Origin: Octopus bimaculoides
Lineage: Eukaryota
Length of the DNA stretch: 64,000 nt
Assembly: GCF_001194135.2 (NCBI RefSeq)
Contig: NC_068987.1
Coordinates: 26,841,486 to 26,905,485 of the forward strand
Direction of reading: 5' to 3'
Both the position numbers and the translations under genes were made by a program. This document shows, in pieces, positions 39,526 to 52,370 of the stretch. Within the stretch, counting starts at the first letter, position 1; each line of letters begins with the position of its first letter. A model generated the notes under the pieces. It was not told where the DNA came from. It ran no database searches and worked only from the letters and a program-made list of their open reading frames with translations.

Positions 39526-39699
39526 CGTACATATATAGATATATATATACATACATACTTACATATATATATATATATATATGCATACATAGTTATATTT
39601 ATAATATATTATATATATATACGAATATAGAAATGTCACCTTGTCATCCTAATAGAGAACACCATGTCTAAATTGCGAATAGTCACCTTAATAATTTAT

Positions 39700-39830
39700 A
39701 ATTCTCACTTCAGCATTTTTGGAAACCAATCGATATTTCCTAGGGTGCTCTCTGTAAGGCAGACTCCGTCTTGCTTGTCGTTGGGAGCGGGGAGCCTGTC
39801 ACCCTTATCAGCCGTTAGAAAAGTGCTCTT
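39700..39830 (-). mobile_element. Penelope-like RT N-terminal remnant
   Basis: STFLTADKGDRLPAPNDKQDGVCLTESTLGNIDWFPKML matches the PLE motif I..ADKG...V..DK.DY......L.D...Y.KL. Confidence 0.45.
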
Positions 39831-39984
39831 ACATGGGTACGAGTCGTTTTGACTTTTATTTCTAGCAATGCTGGTGTTTACTAGCACCGTCCGTCACTTT
39901 AGTGACGGCTGTACTTGTTGGTTATATATGTGTGTGTATGTGTGTGTATGTGTGCGTGTGCGTGTGTGTGTGTTATTTCTTTAC

Positions 39985-40174
39985 TACCCACAAGGGGCTA
40001 CACACAGAGGGGGCAAACAAGGACATACAAACGGATTAAGTCGATTATACCGACTCCAGTGCGTAACTGGTACTTATTTAATCGACCCCGAAAGGATGAA
40101 GGGCAGAGTCGACCTCGGCGGAATTTGAACTCAGAACGTAGCGGTAGACGAAATACTGCTAAGCATTTCGCCCG

Positions 40175-40178
<4 letters not shown>
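39985..40178 (-). mobile_element. SINE family B monomer (tail1 type)
   Basis: Well-preserved core and tail1 ending ...cttgtgggtagtaaagaaataa, flanked by (GT)n. Confidence 0.85.
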
Positions 40179-40264
<86 letters not shown>

Positions 40265-40271
40265 ACGCGTG

Positions 40272-40919
40272 TGTTGTGGCAAGTAACGTTGACACCTCTC
40301 TTGGGTTGAAAGAATGGATTAGGCGAACTCTTATAAAAAGTAGAGTATTGGTTGAGACCGAGAGAAGTGGTAGGAGTCGTTGAGAGTTCATGGAAGTCGT
40401 AGGAAACTCATGAGATCTTTGAGAGCTTGTATTTATTGGAGTATCTTGTTTAGTGGAGTAATCTGAAGTACGGCGTTTGAAGACAGTCGTGCCTATCCTC
40501 GCTTCGTGAAATCTGTATATCCAACGTTTAGAAGGATATGAAAGTAGCAACAAGGATATCCACTTGTAAAAGTGGCGATGAGGATATCCACTTATAAAAA
40601 TAGCGACGATTATATTCGAAGCTTAAGTTGGACGTTAAAATTTTCTTTTGATACAAAATCAACGAAAAATGAGTTAACATGGAACACTTATTAACATCCG
40701 TGGTTCGGTTGCAACAGCATTGGTGGTAACAGCAACAACAGTTTCAGCAGCAATTACGATCAACGATCTCAACGACTTCCACGAGATCTCAACGACTCCC
40801 ACGAGATCTCAACGACTCCTATAATTTTCTCAGTCTCAACTAATACGCTACACTTTATAAGTGTTCAGCTAGCCCATTATTACAATCCCGCAAGGGAATC
40901 AATGACTCTCACCACAACA
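40272..40919. mobile_element. 648-bp element with ~140-bp diverged terminal inverted repeats (TGTTGTGG...CCACAACA)
   Basis: Left arm tgttgtgg..ttataaaaagtagagtattggttgagaccgagagaagtggtaggagtcgttgaga aligns with the reverse complement of the right arm tgttgtgg..ttataaagtgtagcgtattagttgagactgagaaaattataggagtcgttgaga. Confidence 0.75.
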
Positions 40920-43900
40920 ATATATATATGAGTGTGCATATGCATATGTGTTTGGTTGTGTGTGTATGTATTCGTATGTATGTGTGTGCTACCATTCTAT
41001 TCTATCTTGAATATTGAGCATTGCTTCAAATAATGTTTGCACCATCATGTAAATCATACTACCAATACATTTTACAATTGTTGCATTTTCATGGTTTTAT
41101 GTCTCTTGCGTCAGTTGAACTTAAACGAAGCGCTTCCGAGCATTATTAGCCCACTCTTATTTCTATGCTTACCTTTAAAGTGAAGGAAGAGGTGTTGAAG
41201 ATGGCTGGAGGGGGGGGGGGGGTATTTAGTGAATGGTCAATATTACTATATTATCCTATCGGGCTCTCAATAATCCATGACGCTTACCAAACTATCTTTC
41301 AATCGGTAACTCATTAAGAGTGTCATGCGTAGCAAATTCCCTCAGTTGGTTCGATCTTCCTAATCAAAGCTGTTTACCGGTGTGTGACTGCTATACATGC
41401 TTTTGTTTATGGAAGCCACAGGCAAGAATTCCGTGCAAGTCAGAAAACAAAAGTGGACCACTCATTCTCGAGGAAATACTGCAAACACTGCCATCAAAAA
41501 TTTTACCGCCTCCTGTACACACCATACATATTTATATACTTCACTTACACTGAAATAATTCTTTAATTTCTGTTGTTTTAGCAAAGATTTCATCCCACAT
41601 TTATTTACCTTTTCATCTGGAAACCACTTAAATGATAGAACATTTTGGGAATAGTTTTATTGTTTTAAAAATCACGAATGCCGTGAGGTCTTATAGCAAC
41701 ATTTGTCTCTTATCAAAGAGGAATTATAGGAATTCTTTAAATGCGAAACAAAACCTATTTTCTGTGATTTATATTTCTAAAGATCTTTATTTTTTTTCTC
41801 GAGATTACATACACAATTGAATCTGTGAAACTGCAGTCAGTTAAAATTTAAATATTTATACCAATCCATTTAAAAGAAAGACTATAAGAGAAACTGAGGC
41901 GGAAAATCTTGTGACATTTGTTTACAAATTAAATTCCCCAGAGTAAAATTTAAATAAATGGCAAGGAAGATTATTAAACTACTATCCGTTTACTTTTATA
42001 GTCGGTATCTAACTGTCAGATCCAGTTCTGTTTTATATCCAGTTTGAAACGCTGTAAATTTAATGGTTCAAACAGTTCTGAGCAACTGGAAGATCACCAG
42101 TGTTACAGTAAATAATGTTGTCAGGACAAACAAATTTTAACATCCTGATGTAATTTTTGTGTGGCTCCAAAAAGACTTGCCTCAAAACATTTGAAGTTGT
42201 GTAAGTACAGGAGGATGTAGAGGTGCATGATCGTTGACCCCTGTATGAAGAGCGCATGAAGAAGAACGCTATTTTCCCTAATTTTTTGCACTTTTGTTCT
42301 GAATTTCAAGCTGAAACCATCAAAAATGAGTTCAAGTTTTTCATAAAAATGTATATATACATGCTTTTGACACATATGGATTATAGACCGCTAAGGTGTA
42401 AGGCCGACAGATTCTATACAGTTGCAGAATTCTCTTTCGTAAGCAAAAATCTTGAAGATATGGCCGTCGATTTCGGTTATGAGAACTCTAATTTTTAATT
42501 AGAGAAATCGATTGTCGAGAAGATAATTGCTCCAATCCAATTCTATTTCAATAATGTGTTACCTCTACTCATTTAATTGTGAACGTTATTTCTCTAACGT
42601 TACGTTTTAAAAGATTTCGGCTTTGCCAATTTCGGCTAGTTTTCCCCTGTGAGACCATTCCAAAGAATCGGGAAAGTTTTATCCAGGTTGTAGGCGTTTA
42701 CATTCACTCGTATGTTTTTTGTGCATTAAATATACAAGTAAATTAAGATGCGCACCAAAGATTTGTTTGAAAAGAAAGTAGTATGACATTTCGATCTTGG
42801 CTATATATGGTAACAATTAGTGTTCTGGTATATTGTTACTGTTACGTAACCTTATGTTAACCGTGGTCAATTCTGTCACAGGTTTGACTCACCTGTCCCT
42901 CGTTTGAGTATCCACATCATGCCCCATTTCATCTAATGTGTCTATCGTCATACAGAGTCAATTTTGATGTCAATTTTGCTTCTATTTCAATCGAATCCTG
43001 TTACTATGTACCGGTTACATCCAGTTTCAGTAGTGGTTAATGGGAGGCAAGTTAAAATTGCAACCAAACCTATGACAGTGTAGAAAATGCAGCTTTTACT
43101 GTAAGAGTAACGGAACTCAATTGATAAAAAATAACCTATCAGTTGCTAACTGCAGTTTCTCGCTGCTTAGATGAGTCAATACAACCATCAGTTCAGCATG
43201 CCGGATGCAAAGTAATCAAAATGCTTTGCTTAATTCAGAAATTAAAATTAGGTGGAATAAAAACAATAAACAGAAATACTGGTATATGATATTTGGCAAT
43301 CGCGCAGTGATGACTCAGAACATATTTAGGTTTTATTGGATCAGGTATTAAAATAGTAGTTACTTTTCAGTTCATATCTTTGCATATGGAAGGTCTCCTC
43401 ATAGTGGTTTAACACATACTACAATAGCAACTAACAATAGAGCCAAGTTCTAAGACACTGTGACAGGTATCGGGATGTTTCTTATCTAAATTTAACACTG
43501 CATTCAACGCTTTTAACTGGAAATAATAAAATAGTTTTTCGTAATGATATGTATATGTATATAGTTCACATATTAATGTTGTATGTCTTTTATTTCATTG
43601 TGAAATGCTTAACATTGATTTGGAAAATGGGCATAAGATCACACATTATATGGAAACGGGTGTTGGCGATATCATCGACTCAAACGGTTGACTTGATAAT
43701 CTTTCATCGACCTACGGAAAGATGAAAAGCAAAGTCCATCATGGTAAGATTTTGAAATGAGGATAAAGAGACGTGACTAAACACAGCAATGTACTTTATT
43801 CGACATTTATTGATTTTTCTACTCCATATTCAGAGAAGGGATCACTACAATTTCACTGATCCTGGTTGAAATAGCAGTTAAATCGCTCCTAAATCATCTT

Positions 43901-44387
43901 TTATTCTTTAAAATTGATGTACGTATCGAATGATGTTACTCTAAATGTAAATACGAGACGGTCAAATTTGGAACGCTTTTCATCATTAGCAATGGTCGAT
44001 TAAGATTAACCTGAGGCTAATTACAAAATATTGTCTGACTTTTGCAGTATATGGACCCGTCCCCACAAAAAATTCACGCCTAGAATACTATATTCTAACA
44101 GTTACAGAATATAGAAGGTAATGTAACACCAATGATTATATAATCCAACCAAAATATCTCAGTCGCACAAAAATAAATCTTATAACTATTTAATCTTAAA
44201 ATACATCGTACATATCCAAAGAACCTTTATGTCCAAATTGAAATGCTATTGCATTTCAATTATTTCAAAGAAATAATAAATGGATTTATGAATAAAAGCT
44301 TGGCAATTGCGTTTATTTCCACCACGCGACAATCATTTTTGCAAACATATTTTAACTAATCTAAACTATACACACACGTACAAATAC

Positions 44388-44454
<67 letters not shown>

Positions 44455-44462
<8 letters not shown>

Positions 44463-44590
44463 GAATTGTTGCTGTAATTCAAAGGAGGCAGCCTTGTCAT
44501 ATTCTTTGCGAGGCTGAACTTCCCTGAGAACTACGTTAATGTTATGCATGTCTGTGGAGTATTCAGCCATTTCTGAGTTACTTTTATCCT
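44455..44590 (+). mobile_element. SINE family C 3' tail fragment
   Basis: ttcaaagg.ggcagccttgtca..gctgaa..tccctgagaactacgttaa..tgtctgtggagt.ttcagcca is the reverse complement of 37570-37700. Confidence 0.75.
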
Positions 44591-44934
44591 CGTGTGGTAA
44601 CGAAAAGTGAAATTGACATCCAATATTTGCTGTGTGTATGTATCTATGTATGAACTTTTCTTTGGATTTATGCATCTACTGTCTCTGCGGTTAAGTAGTT
44701 TGATAGAATTCTTGGATCTAAAAAGAATATTCTATCTTGCAGTTACGCATAGCTTGATTCTCTTTGAGTCATTTTCACATAGCATAAATTTCTCAACGAA
44801 TCTCCATTTGATTGTATGTGGTTTGAAGCTTACCTTCATATACCACACATGGCTATACTCACACAGTGGCACTATGCAATTTAACAAGACACCCATGTTA
44901 AATTGGATTGCATTATATATTGGTATTGATATTG

Positions 44935-45075
44935 CTTCCGTCACCGCTGAGGTCGACTTTGCCTTTCATCTTTTCGGGGTCGATAACTTCAGCACCAGTT
45001 GCGTACTGGGGTCAATCTAATCGACTGGCATCTTCCCGAAAACTTTCGTGCCCTGTGCCTAGAGTAGAAAAGATA
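44935..45075 (+). mobile_element. SINE family B (tail2 type)
   Basis: gaggtcgactttgcctttcatcttttcggggtcgataa...gtactggggtcaatctaatcgactgg...tgtgcctagagtagaaaag. Confidence 0.85.
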
Positions 45076-45829
45076 TTGCTTCCGTCGCTAATGATTGATT
45101 GTTAATAAGCCTGCCGGTTATCTGCGACAAGGGTGTCTGAAAAGATTCTGATATTGTATGTACCGTGGCAGCGAGGTTTGACTGGAATATAGTGCCCGGA
45201 TGCTTCAGATATATGATTACCAATAGAATTTAATCACATGACATGTGTGTTCCGGCGTCCATTCCTGACGTTTCTCTGCTACGATCTGTGTTTGTGCTTC
45301 TGATGTATTTCTTCTCATGTTTATATTTACAATTCTATTTTCCAACTTTTCATTTTCCAATTCTAAATTTCAAAGCTAATGCGATTTTATAAAGTCAGCT
45401 TAGATTTATGGTAGAAGCTGATGTATATGTTCATATAGTTTGTAATGATTGGATGTTGCCTTTTCCTTCCAGTTTAAAGCTGATTGAGTTAACCCATGAT
45501 CAAACAGGCTACATCCCTTCTTTTCAAGGCATAATATACCCTAGAGTGCATTATCCAATGTAAGCTTCAGTTAAGTGGAATGGAAGAATGTTATTTGGTT
45601 GTTACTTCTAGCATGTAAAGTGATCAGGTACTCTGTTGTTGGGGCCTTCACAGTATTTTACTCATATATTTCAACTATTGATTTGCATAATGGGAGACAT
45701 GTATTCCCATCCAACTTAAATGCCGATTTCAGGATTTGAACCTGGTATTAGAAACTAAGGAAATCAGTCAGAAACATTGAACCGGAGATAATTCGTTGTT
45801 TAGTCTTGATTATACTATAATATTGATTG

Positions 45830-46225
45830 CAAATTGTGGTACTAGGCCGGCAAATTCTCTGAAGGAGATAAGTCGTTAGAACTCAACTAGCGCTTATTTC
45901 ATCGACTGTGAAATAATTAAAGGGGAATTTAAACTCGGAACGAAATGACAGACGAAATGCCGCTAAGCATTTCGGCCGGTGTGCTAACTATTCTGCCAGC
46001 TCGCTGCCTTAAATACACAATAGTATTGGTTCCAATTTTGGCACAAACTCAACCAGTTCGAAGAAGGGGGCTCATCGATTACAACTCGCCCTTATTTTAT
46101 CGACCGCTAAAATGATGAAAGGCAAAGTCGACCGTTGCAGAATTGAAACCGAGAACGTGAAGACGGACGAAAGGCCCTAAAGCCTTTTGCCCGGCGAGCT
46201 AACGATTCTGTCAGCTCGCTGTCTT
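45830..46225 (-). mobile_element. Two tandem family B (tail2) monomers with complete heads
   Basis: Each unit has tail2, a core and the full head (ctgccagctcgctgcc; ctgtcagctcgctgtc). Confidence 0.75.
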
Positions 46226-48202
46226 ATCTATATCATAATATGAAAGTCAAGAATGTTTCTCAGACCGATGTGATCACAATTTGGTTTACTGTGATTCAAC
46301 TAGATAATATAATAAAGAGCTTAAAAGTTTATAGAGTACCGCAAACATAAAGTAATAACCAGTTTCTTCATATCTTTCTGAAAGATATCTAACATCCCAG
46401 AAGAAGTAAATATAAATATTACAGCACTCATAGCCAGTATGGAATTGTTATAATGTTCTGCTTTAATTTAATGTTTAGAGAACAGATAAAAGCCAACATA
46501 AAGATGGAGGTTGATTAAATACTACAACTTTCATCATTTCATGAAATACTGCAAATGTTTTGCGCTTTGGGAGTGCAAGAATTTGTCCTCATTTATTACA
46601 ATAATCGATCATATTGACTTAATATTCTTGTTTAGTTTTGTTCACCTTATTCTCAAAGTCAATCCTTAACATTTTCAGATGTGAATCAATTGAGTGACTA
46701 ATATCAGTGATTTATCAATTCCCTGCAGAACAAGACCAATTTCAATGTCTACTGTAATTTTAATCTCACAGATTTCCAGTACGGATTTTGTATTTCATTG
46801 ATTACAAAGCCATACCTATGACACATATGACTCATTTATAACGGTGGTATACTCATCCTTTTATTGAAAATGTTTAAATACTTCAAACTCCAAAAATATA
46901 TATCTACCAAAAGCATATTTCTGTTGAGTCCTGCATCTGTTTTATCCAGCCGTATCCATTACATCTGCTTTTACAAGAAAGAATACTTTCCGTCATCCAT
47001 ATAGTATTGTAGGATGGTGTCGTAGTAGGACTTGGCTACTATTTCCAGGAGTTCAAACGATTCTACGGGTGCCCTGGCTCTAGTTCGATGTGTCAATGTG
47101 ATGTTTGTATTTTATTGTAGCATAGATTCCAAACTCGCTGCTAAAAGACTCTAAGCAATAAAAGAAATAAACAAAAAAAGAAAGAAAAAAAAAACGTGAT
47201 CGTATATAACATTGCAGTGATTAGTCTTGTGTCGTGAGAGTATTTCATAAGAAAACATTTATATATTCTAACTCAAATGGAAATTGTGTGTTTAAATCAT
47301 AGGATTACAATTCATGTTTGAATGTCATCCCATCTACTCATTAAATTTTGCATATTTCCGGTTGGAGTCTCCTAAACTAGTCACGAACAATTATGATGTC
47401 TGTCACTTCTCGCCTCCGGCACCATTTAAATATACATATTTATTGTGCGACAAACTATTTTTAGGTTGAACTCTTATAATTTTTAGTCTTTACATGGAAC
47501 GCATTACAATCTTCTTCTGTTATGAATGATGGCTACCATAGATAAATGAATGTAGTAGAAAGACCGAGAAAAATGTTTCGACTATTTTGAATTTCTCTCT
47601 AATTACAGTTTATATACAATATGTACGTACATTTACATATATTCGTGAGTAGAGAAGTAGAAAGTGAAAGAAGAGTTTGTATGTATGTGTATGCACGTGT
47701 TTAGCCATGATAATGGAAGGCATCATTGACAAAACATTTAATATATAAAATACTGACCTAAAAATCGAAGAAGTGCGTCAAAAAAGAAATTCAAATGTGA
47801 AATGATTCACTATAAATTGAACGTTTTGACATTTTTTTCAAACACTCATTATTATATATAAAGAAATAGAATTGTCTTTATTCACCATCGCCAATCTTTG
47901 TCATTCGCTTTCTTTCTAAAGGCTATTTTCTCTTCTTTAAGTATTTATTTGAAGACTAGCATACCTATTTACACACACAAATGTTTGTATATATGTTGGA
48001 AAATTATGCATAAGTATATATATGTACATATATATATATATTATGTGCATAATTTATACATATATACATACATACATACATATNNNNNNNNNNTATATAT
48101 ATATATATATATATGTCTATCTACCTATTTTTCTAACTATCAATATGACTGGTTATATGTATGAGTATGTCTGTCTTTCTGTCTATCCACGTACTTACCT
48201 CC

Positions 48203-48266
<64 letters not shown>

Positions 48267-49844
48267 TTGGAGGTATGCGTGCATGTCTCTGTCTATCTAT
48301 TTATATCTCTCTTTTTCTGTGTGACTGAGTGTCTTTCTGTCAGACTGTCAACCCGTGCGCTTGTCTCTATCTCTCGTTCTTGTTCTTTTCACTCTATTTC
48401 TATCTTCAACATTAAAGTTTCTTATTTTTCTTTTACGTCTGAAGAATACAATGTTTCGTATAAATTTAGATAAATTAGATGTCAGAAGCGTAAATGTCTA
48501 ACGTTTCTGCTTCGTGGATAAAAAATAAATAGAAAATATTAAAAAAATATAAAGAAAATAGTTTCACAATTCAACTGGTATAAAAAATGCGCAGTGAATT
48601 AAAAGAAGTGACGCTACACAATAAGATATATTGCCTAATAGCAGTAAATGTTTAAAAAAATGGCCAAACATATAATTTTAATACCCTGTCGCAGAAAATA
48701 TAACTGTTCTCTGCAAATCACCAAAATAGACCAACATACACACACACATGAACACACGCCTTCACCAACCATTAAATTAGACACACGTTTGCTACACACA
48801 CACACACACACACANNNNNNNNNNNNNNNNNNNNNNNNNNNNNNNNNNNNNNNNNNNNNNNNNNNNNNNNNNNNNNNNNNNNNNNNNNNNNNNNNNNNNN
48901 NNNNNNNNNNNNNNNNNNNNNNNNNNNNNNNNNNNNNNNNNNNNNNNNNNNNNNNNNNNNNNNNNNNNNNNNNNNNNNNNNNNNNNNNNNNNNNNNNNNN
49001 NNNNNNNNNNNNNNNNNNNNNNNNNNNNNNNNNNNNNNNNNNNNNNNNNNNNNNNNNNNNNNNNNNNNNNNNNNNNNNNNNNNNNNNNNNNNNNNNNNNN
49101 NNNNNNNNNNNNNNNNNNNNNNNNNNNNNNNNNNNNNNNNNNNNNNNNNNNNNNNNNNNNNNNNNNNNNNNNNNNNNNNNNNNNNNNNNNNNNNNNNNNN
49201 NNNNNNNNNNNNNNNNNNNNNNNNNNNNNNNNNNNNNNNNNNNNNNNNNNNNNNNNNNNNNNNNNNNNNNNNNNNNNNNNNNNNNNNNNNNNNNNNNNNN
49301 NNNNNNNNNNNNNNNNNNNNNNNNNNNNNNNNNNNNNNNNNNNNNNNNNNNNNNNNNNNNNNNNNNNNNNNNNNNNNNNNNNNNNNNNNNNNNNNNNNNN
49401 NNNNNNNNNNNNNNNNNNNNNNNNNNNNNNNNNNNNNNNNNNNNNNNNNNNNNNNNNNNNNNNNNNNNNNNNNNNNNNNNNNNNNNNNNNNNNNNNNNNN
49501 NNNNNNNNNTATATATATATGTATGTATAATATCAGCCAGTAACAGGTATATTAAATCTCAAAAATGTTGATACACATTATGTTATTGCAGTTTTACTTA
49601 AATATCCAGTATCGATCCGTGGCTCTGCAAAAACTTTTTTACTATAGATGATAAAACATTGTAAGGGGTCATCGAACTTCTTACCATTGCTCTCATCCTT
49701 CGTTTACTGGATATTATTGTGTATGCGTGTAGTTTGCGTGTGTTTGCGTGTATTTCTCTCTCTCACTCTCTCTCTCTCTCTCTCTCTTTCTCTCTTTCTC
49801 TCTCGGTCTCTCTCTCTCTCTCGGTCTCTCTCTCTCCCTGTGTG

Positions 49845-49977
49845 TGTGCGGTAAGAGGCTTGCTTCCCAACCACATAGTTCCTAGTTCAGTACGATTACG
49901 CGACACCTTGGGCAAGTGTCTTCTACTATAGACCTGAACCAACTAAAGCCTTGTGAGTGGATTTGGTAGACGAAAAC
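49845..49977 (+). mobile_element. SINE family A 5' half, fused to a family F fragment (49978-50004)
   Basis: ggtaagaggcttgcttcccaaccacatagttcc.agttcag..caccttgggcaagtgtcttctactatag..gccttgtgagtggatttggtagacg, then gtttcgatcctatgctctttgacagaa. Confidence 0.8.
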
Positions 49978-50124
49978 TGTTTCGATCCTATGCTCTTTGA
50001 CAGAATATATATATATATATATATATGTATTGTATATATATATTTATATGTGTGTGTGTGCATATATCTATATATGTATATATATAGGTATGTATCTATA
50101 TGTAACTATATATATATACAGGTC

Positions 50125-50421
50125 TATATTTAAGAGATGAGGAATTATGTACATTATTTACATTTGACGGATATTTGTCCTTAACTTGTTTGTTGTTAAC
50201 ACAACGTTTCGGCTGATATACCTTCCAGCCTTCATCAGGTGTTTTGGGGAAATTTTGAACCTGGGTTCTCATTCCTAAGGTATTTATCGATGTTATTATT
50301 ATTATTATTATTATTATTGTTGTTGTTGTTGTTGTTGTTCAGGTCACTGCTTGGAATCGAACTCGAAATCTTGGGTTTTAGTAGCCCGCGCTCTTAACCA
50401 CTACGTCATATGCCTGTGGGC
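50125..50421 (-). mobile_element. SINE family D: tRNA-derived head, (AAC)n(AAT)n linker, Penelope-like hammerhead-bearing tail
   Basis: A box TGACGTAGTGG (50398-50408), B box GTTCGATTCC (50353-50362), microsatellite ~50294-50340, then cctgatgaaggctg...cagccgaaacgttgtgtt. Confidence 0.8.
50198..50243 (-). ncRNA. Minimal type I hammerhead ribozyme (PLE-type)
   Basis: AACAC CTGATGA A GGCTG gaaggtatat CAGCC GAAA CG TT GTGTT. Intact CUGAUGA and GAAA core, 5-bp stem I, 5-bp stem II, loopless palindromic ACGU stem III, GUU triplet. Confidence 0.75.
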
Positions 50422-51919
50422 NNNNNNNNNNNNNNNNNNNNNNNNNNNNNNNNNNNNNNNNNNNNNNNNNNNNNNNNNNNNNNNNNNNNNNNNNNNNNNN
50501 NNNNNNNNNNNNNNNNNNNNNNNNNNNNNNNNNNNNNNNNNNNNNNNNNNNNNNNNNNNNNNNNNNNNNNNNNNNNNNNNNNNNNNNNNNNNNNNNNNNN
50601 NNNNNNNNNNNNNNNNNNNNNNNNNNNNNNNNNNNNNNNNNNNNNNNNNNNNNNNNNNNNNNNNNNNNNNNNNNNNNNNNNNNNNNNNNNNNNNNNNNNN
50701 NNNNATATATATATATATATACACACATATCTATGTATTTATATGTATGTATGCATATATGTATAGGTGCGTGTGTGTGTATTTCTTCAAGTTTTTTTTT
50801 TTTTTGCTTCTTTTGCTGCACGAATACACATCGTGAATTGTTAAACATTTCCTTGTTTTGTGGAAATTGTATGTTCACAAATACGATGTAACACCAACAT
50901 AGCATAAATGATAATTAATTACCTTTCTTTTGTTAGTCGGAAAGATTCGCTGTTCACGCATATACACACATGTGAACTAATCACTGTTAAATAATAAAGA
51001 ACAAGAAGGAAGCAAACAAGAATCACCAACAACAAAATATAATAAAATGTGAGCAAATATAAATGAAATCTTAAAAAATATCTGAGAATATTTGTAAATT
51101 GTGTTTAGAAGTTTGGTTGTTTTATAGAAAACTTTTATACTTTTATATATTCATAGACATTATACGGGTAAAAGTAATCATAAGCTGTTTTGCTCGTGAT
51201 ATACGTAATTTTGGCGTCTGTAGTTTGTCTATTGTCTGAATAATTTCTCCTAGTAATTTTCTCAGTGAAATATGGGAATATTTCACGCCTACTCGTGTAT
51301 ACTATTGTACATTTACATAGTGAGTCTCTCATCACTACTTTGGCAGAACTGTAATGTCTGTGCTAGATGTAACGGTCTAATAACATCGATACATGTTCCT
51401 ACCCTTTGGAATAAAAGAACTAATGTTAGTAATTAAGTAATATTGTATTTCTTCATCGTAGAATTATTTCTAATTATTCTTTTAATGCATATTGTATTGA
51501 ACATGGAAACACTGACTTGTTCATATGAAATGTGTTTTTTTTTTTTCATTCTTAACTTGCTAAGCAAAGCAGTTTCAATGCTCAACTTACATACAAAACC
51601 CAAATTGTTATCTGTTTGACATTCTACTTAATTCCAGGTGCATCTTGACAGCAGATATATGTTAAAAGCATTCCAGTCATTAACTTCCTATCGAATAAGC
51701 TGAGAACATTCTACACATACGAATCTGAGAACAGTTTACCCATTCTCTCTTCCTTTTAAGAGCTGTTTTTAACAGGTCGAGTGCAATATTTTTTTCACAC
51801 TAAATGCGGAGGCCAATTTTTGTAGTATTTCTTGAGTGTTACTTTGTTAGCTACTGCAGTCAGTCGGAAAGGTAATTCGGCTGTCTGGGAATTCGAGCTG
51901 AAATGTTCTATTTTGTTTA

Positions 51920-52370
51920 TCTTTTATTTCTTAATCTTTTATTTGGTTCAGGCATCATCCCGCGGCCATGCTGGGGTGCACCGCATTGAAAAAATTTGTA
52001 GTCGAATGAATTGACCTCCGTAGTTACTTTTTAATGCCTGGTACTTATTTAATTGATCTCTTTTGCCTAAACGCTGAACTACGTGGATGTAAACACACCA
52101 ACACCGTTTAAGCAATGGTGGGGGACAAACACCCACACTCACACACACGCATGCGTGCGCACACATACACCTGTACATATAGAAATATATGTATTCCGTC
52201 TATTAAATCCACTCACAAGTCTTCGATCGGCTAGTTTCCGTCTGCCAAATTCACTCATAAGGCTTTAGCCGGCCTGAAAATATAGTAGTAAGACAGTGGC
52301 CGAAGGTGCCACGCAGTGAAACTGAATCCGGAATTATGTGGTTGGGAAGTAAACTTCTTACCACACAGAT
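51920..52370 (-). mobile_element. SINE family A, full-length
   Basis: Head gtgtggtaagaagtttacttcccaaccacataattccggattcagtttcactgcgtggcacc, internal (CA)n, 3' half ending ccagcatggccgcgg. Confidence 0.8.

Larger units (their letters stand above)
7935..40260. repeat. Dispersed long dinucleotide/tetranucleotide tracts: (CA)n 7935-8090, 9487-9572, 14005-14100, 25050-25155, 29850-30150; (GA)n 33880-33955; (GT)n 40177-40260; many (TA)n
   Basis: Directly visible; listed as one summary entry. Confidence 0.95.

Noticed and set aside
44600-44940. CR1-like thumb reading (VPLCEYSHVW..RR)
   Set aside because: Similarity too weak; the same bases fit an exon-like reading equally well.
46975-47100. Minus-strand peptide ...ILQYYMDDGK with a YMDD motif
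   Set aside because: No upstream PQG or other RT motifs; a 4-residue match is expected by chance.
50345-50421. tRNA gene (also the heads at ~9050, ~31935, ~37810)
   Set aside because: A/B boxes are present, but there is no complete acceptor stem or cloverleaf, and each continues into repeat bodies; these are SINE heads.
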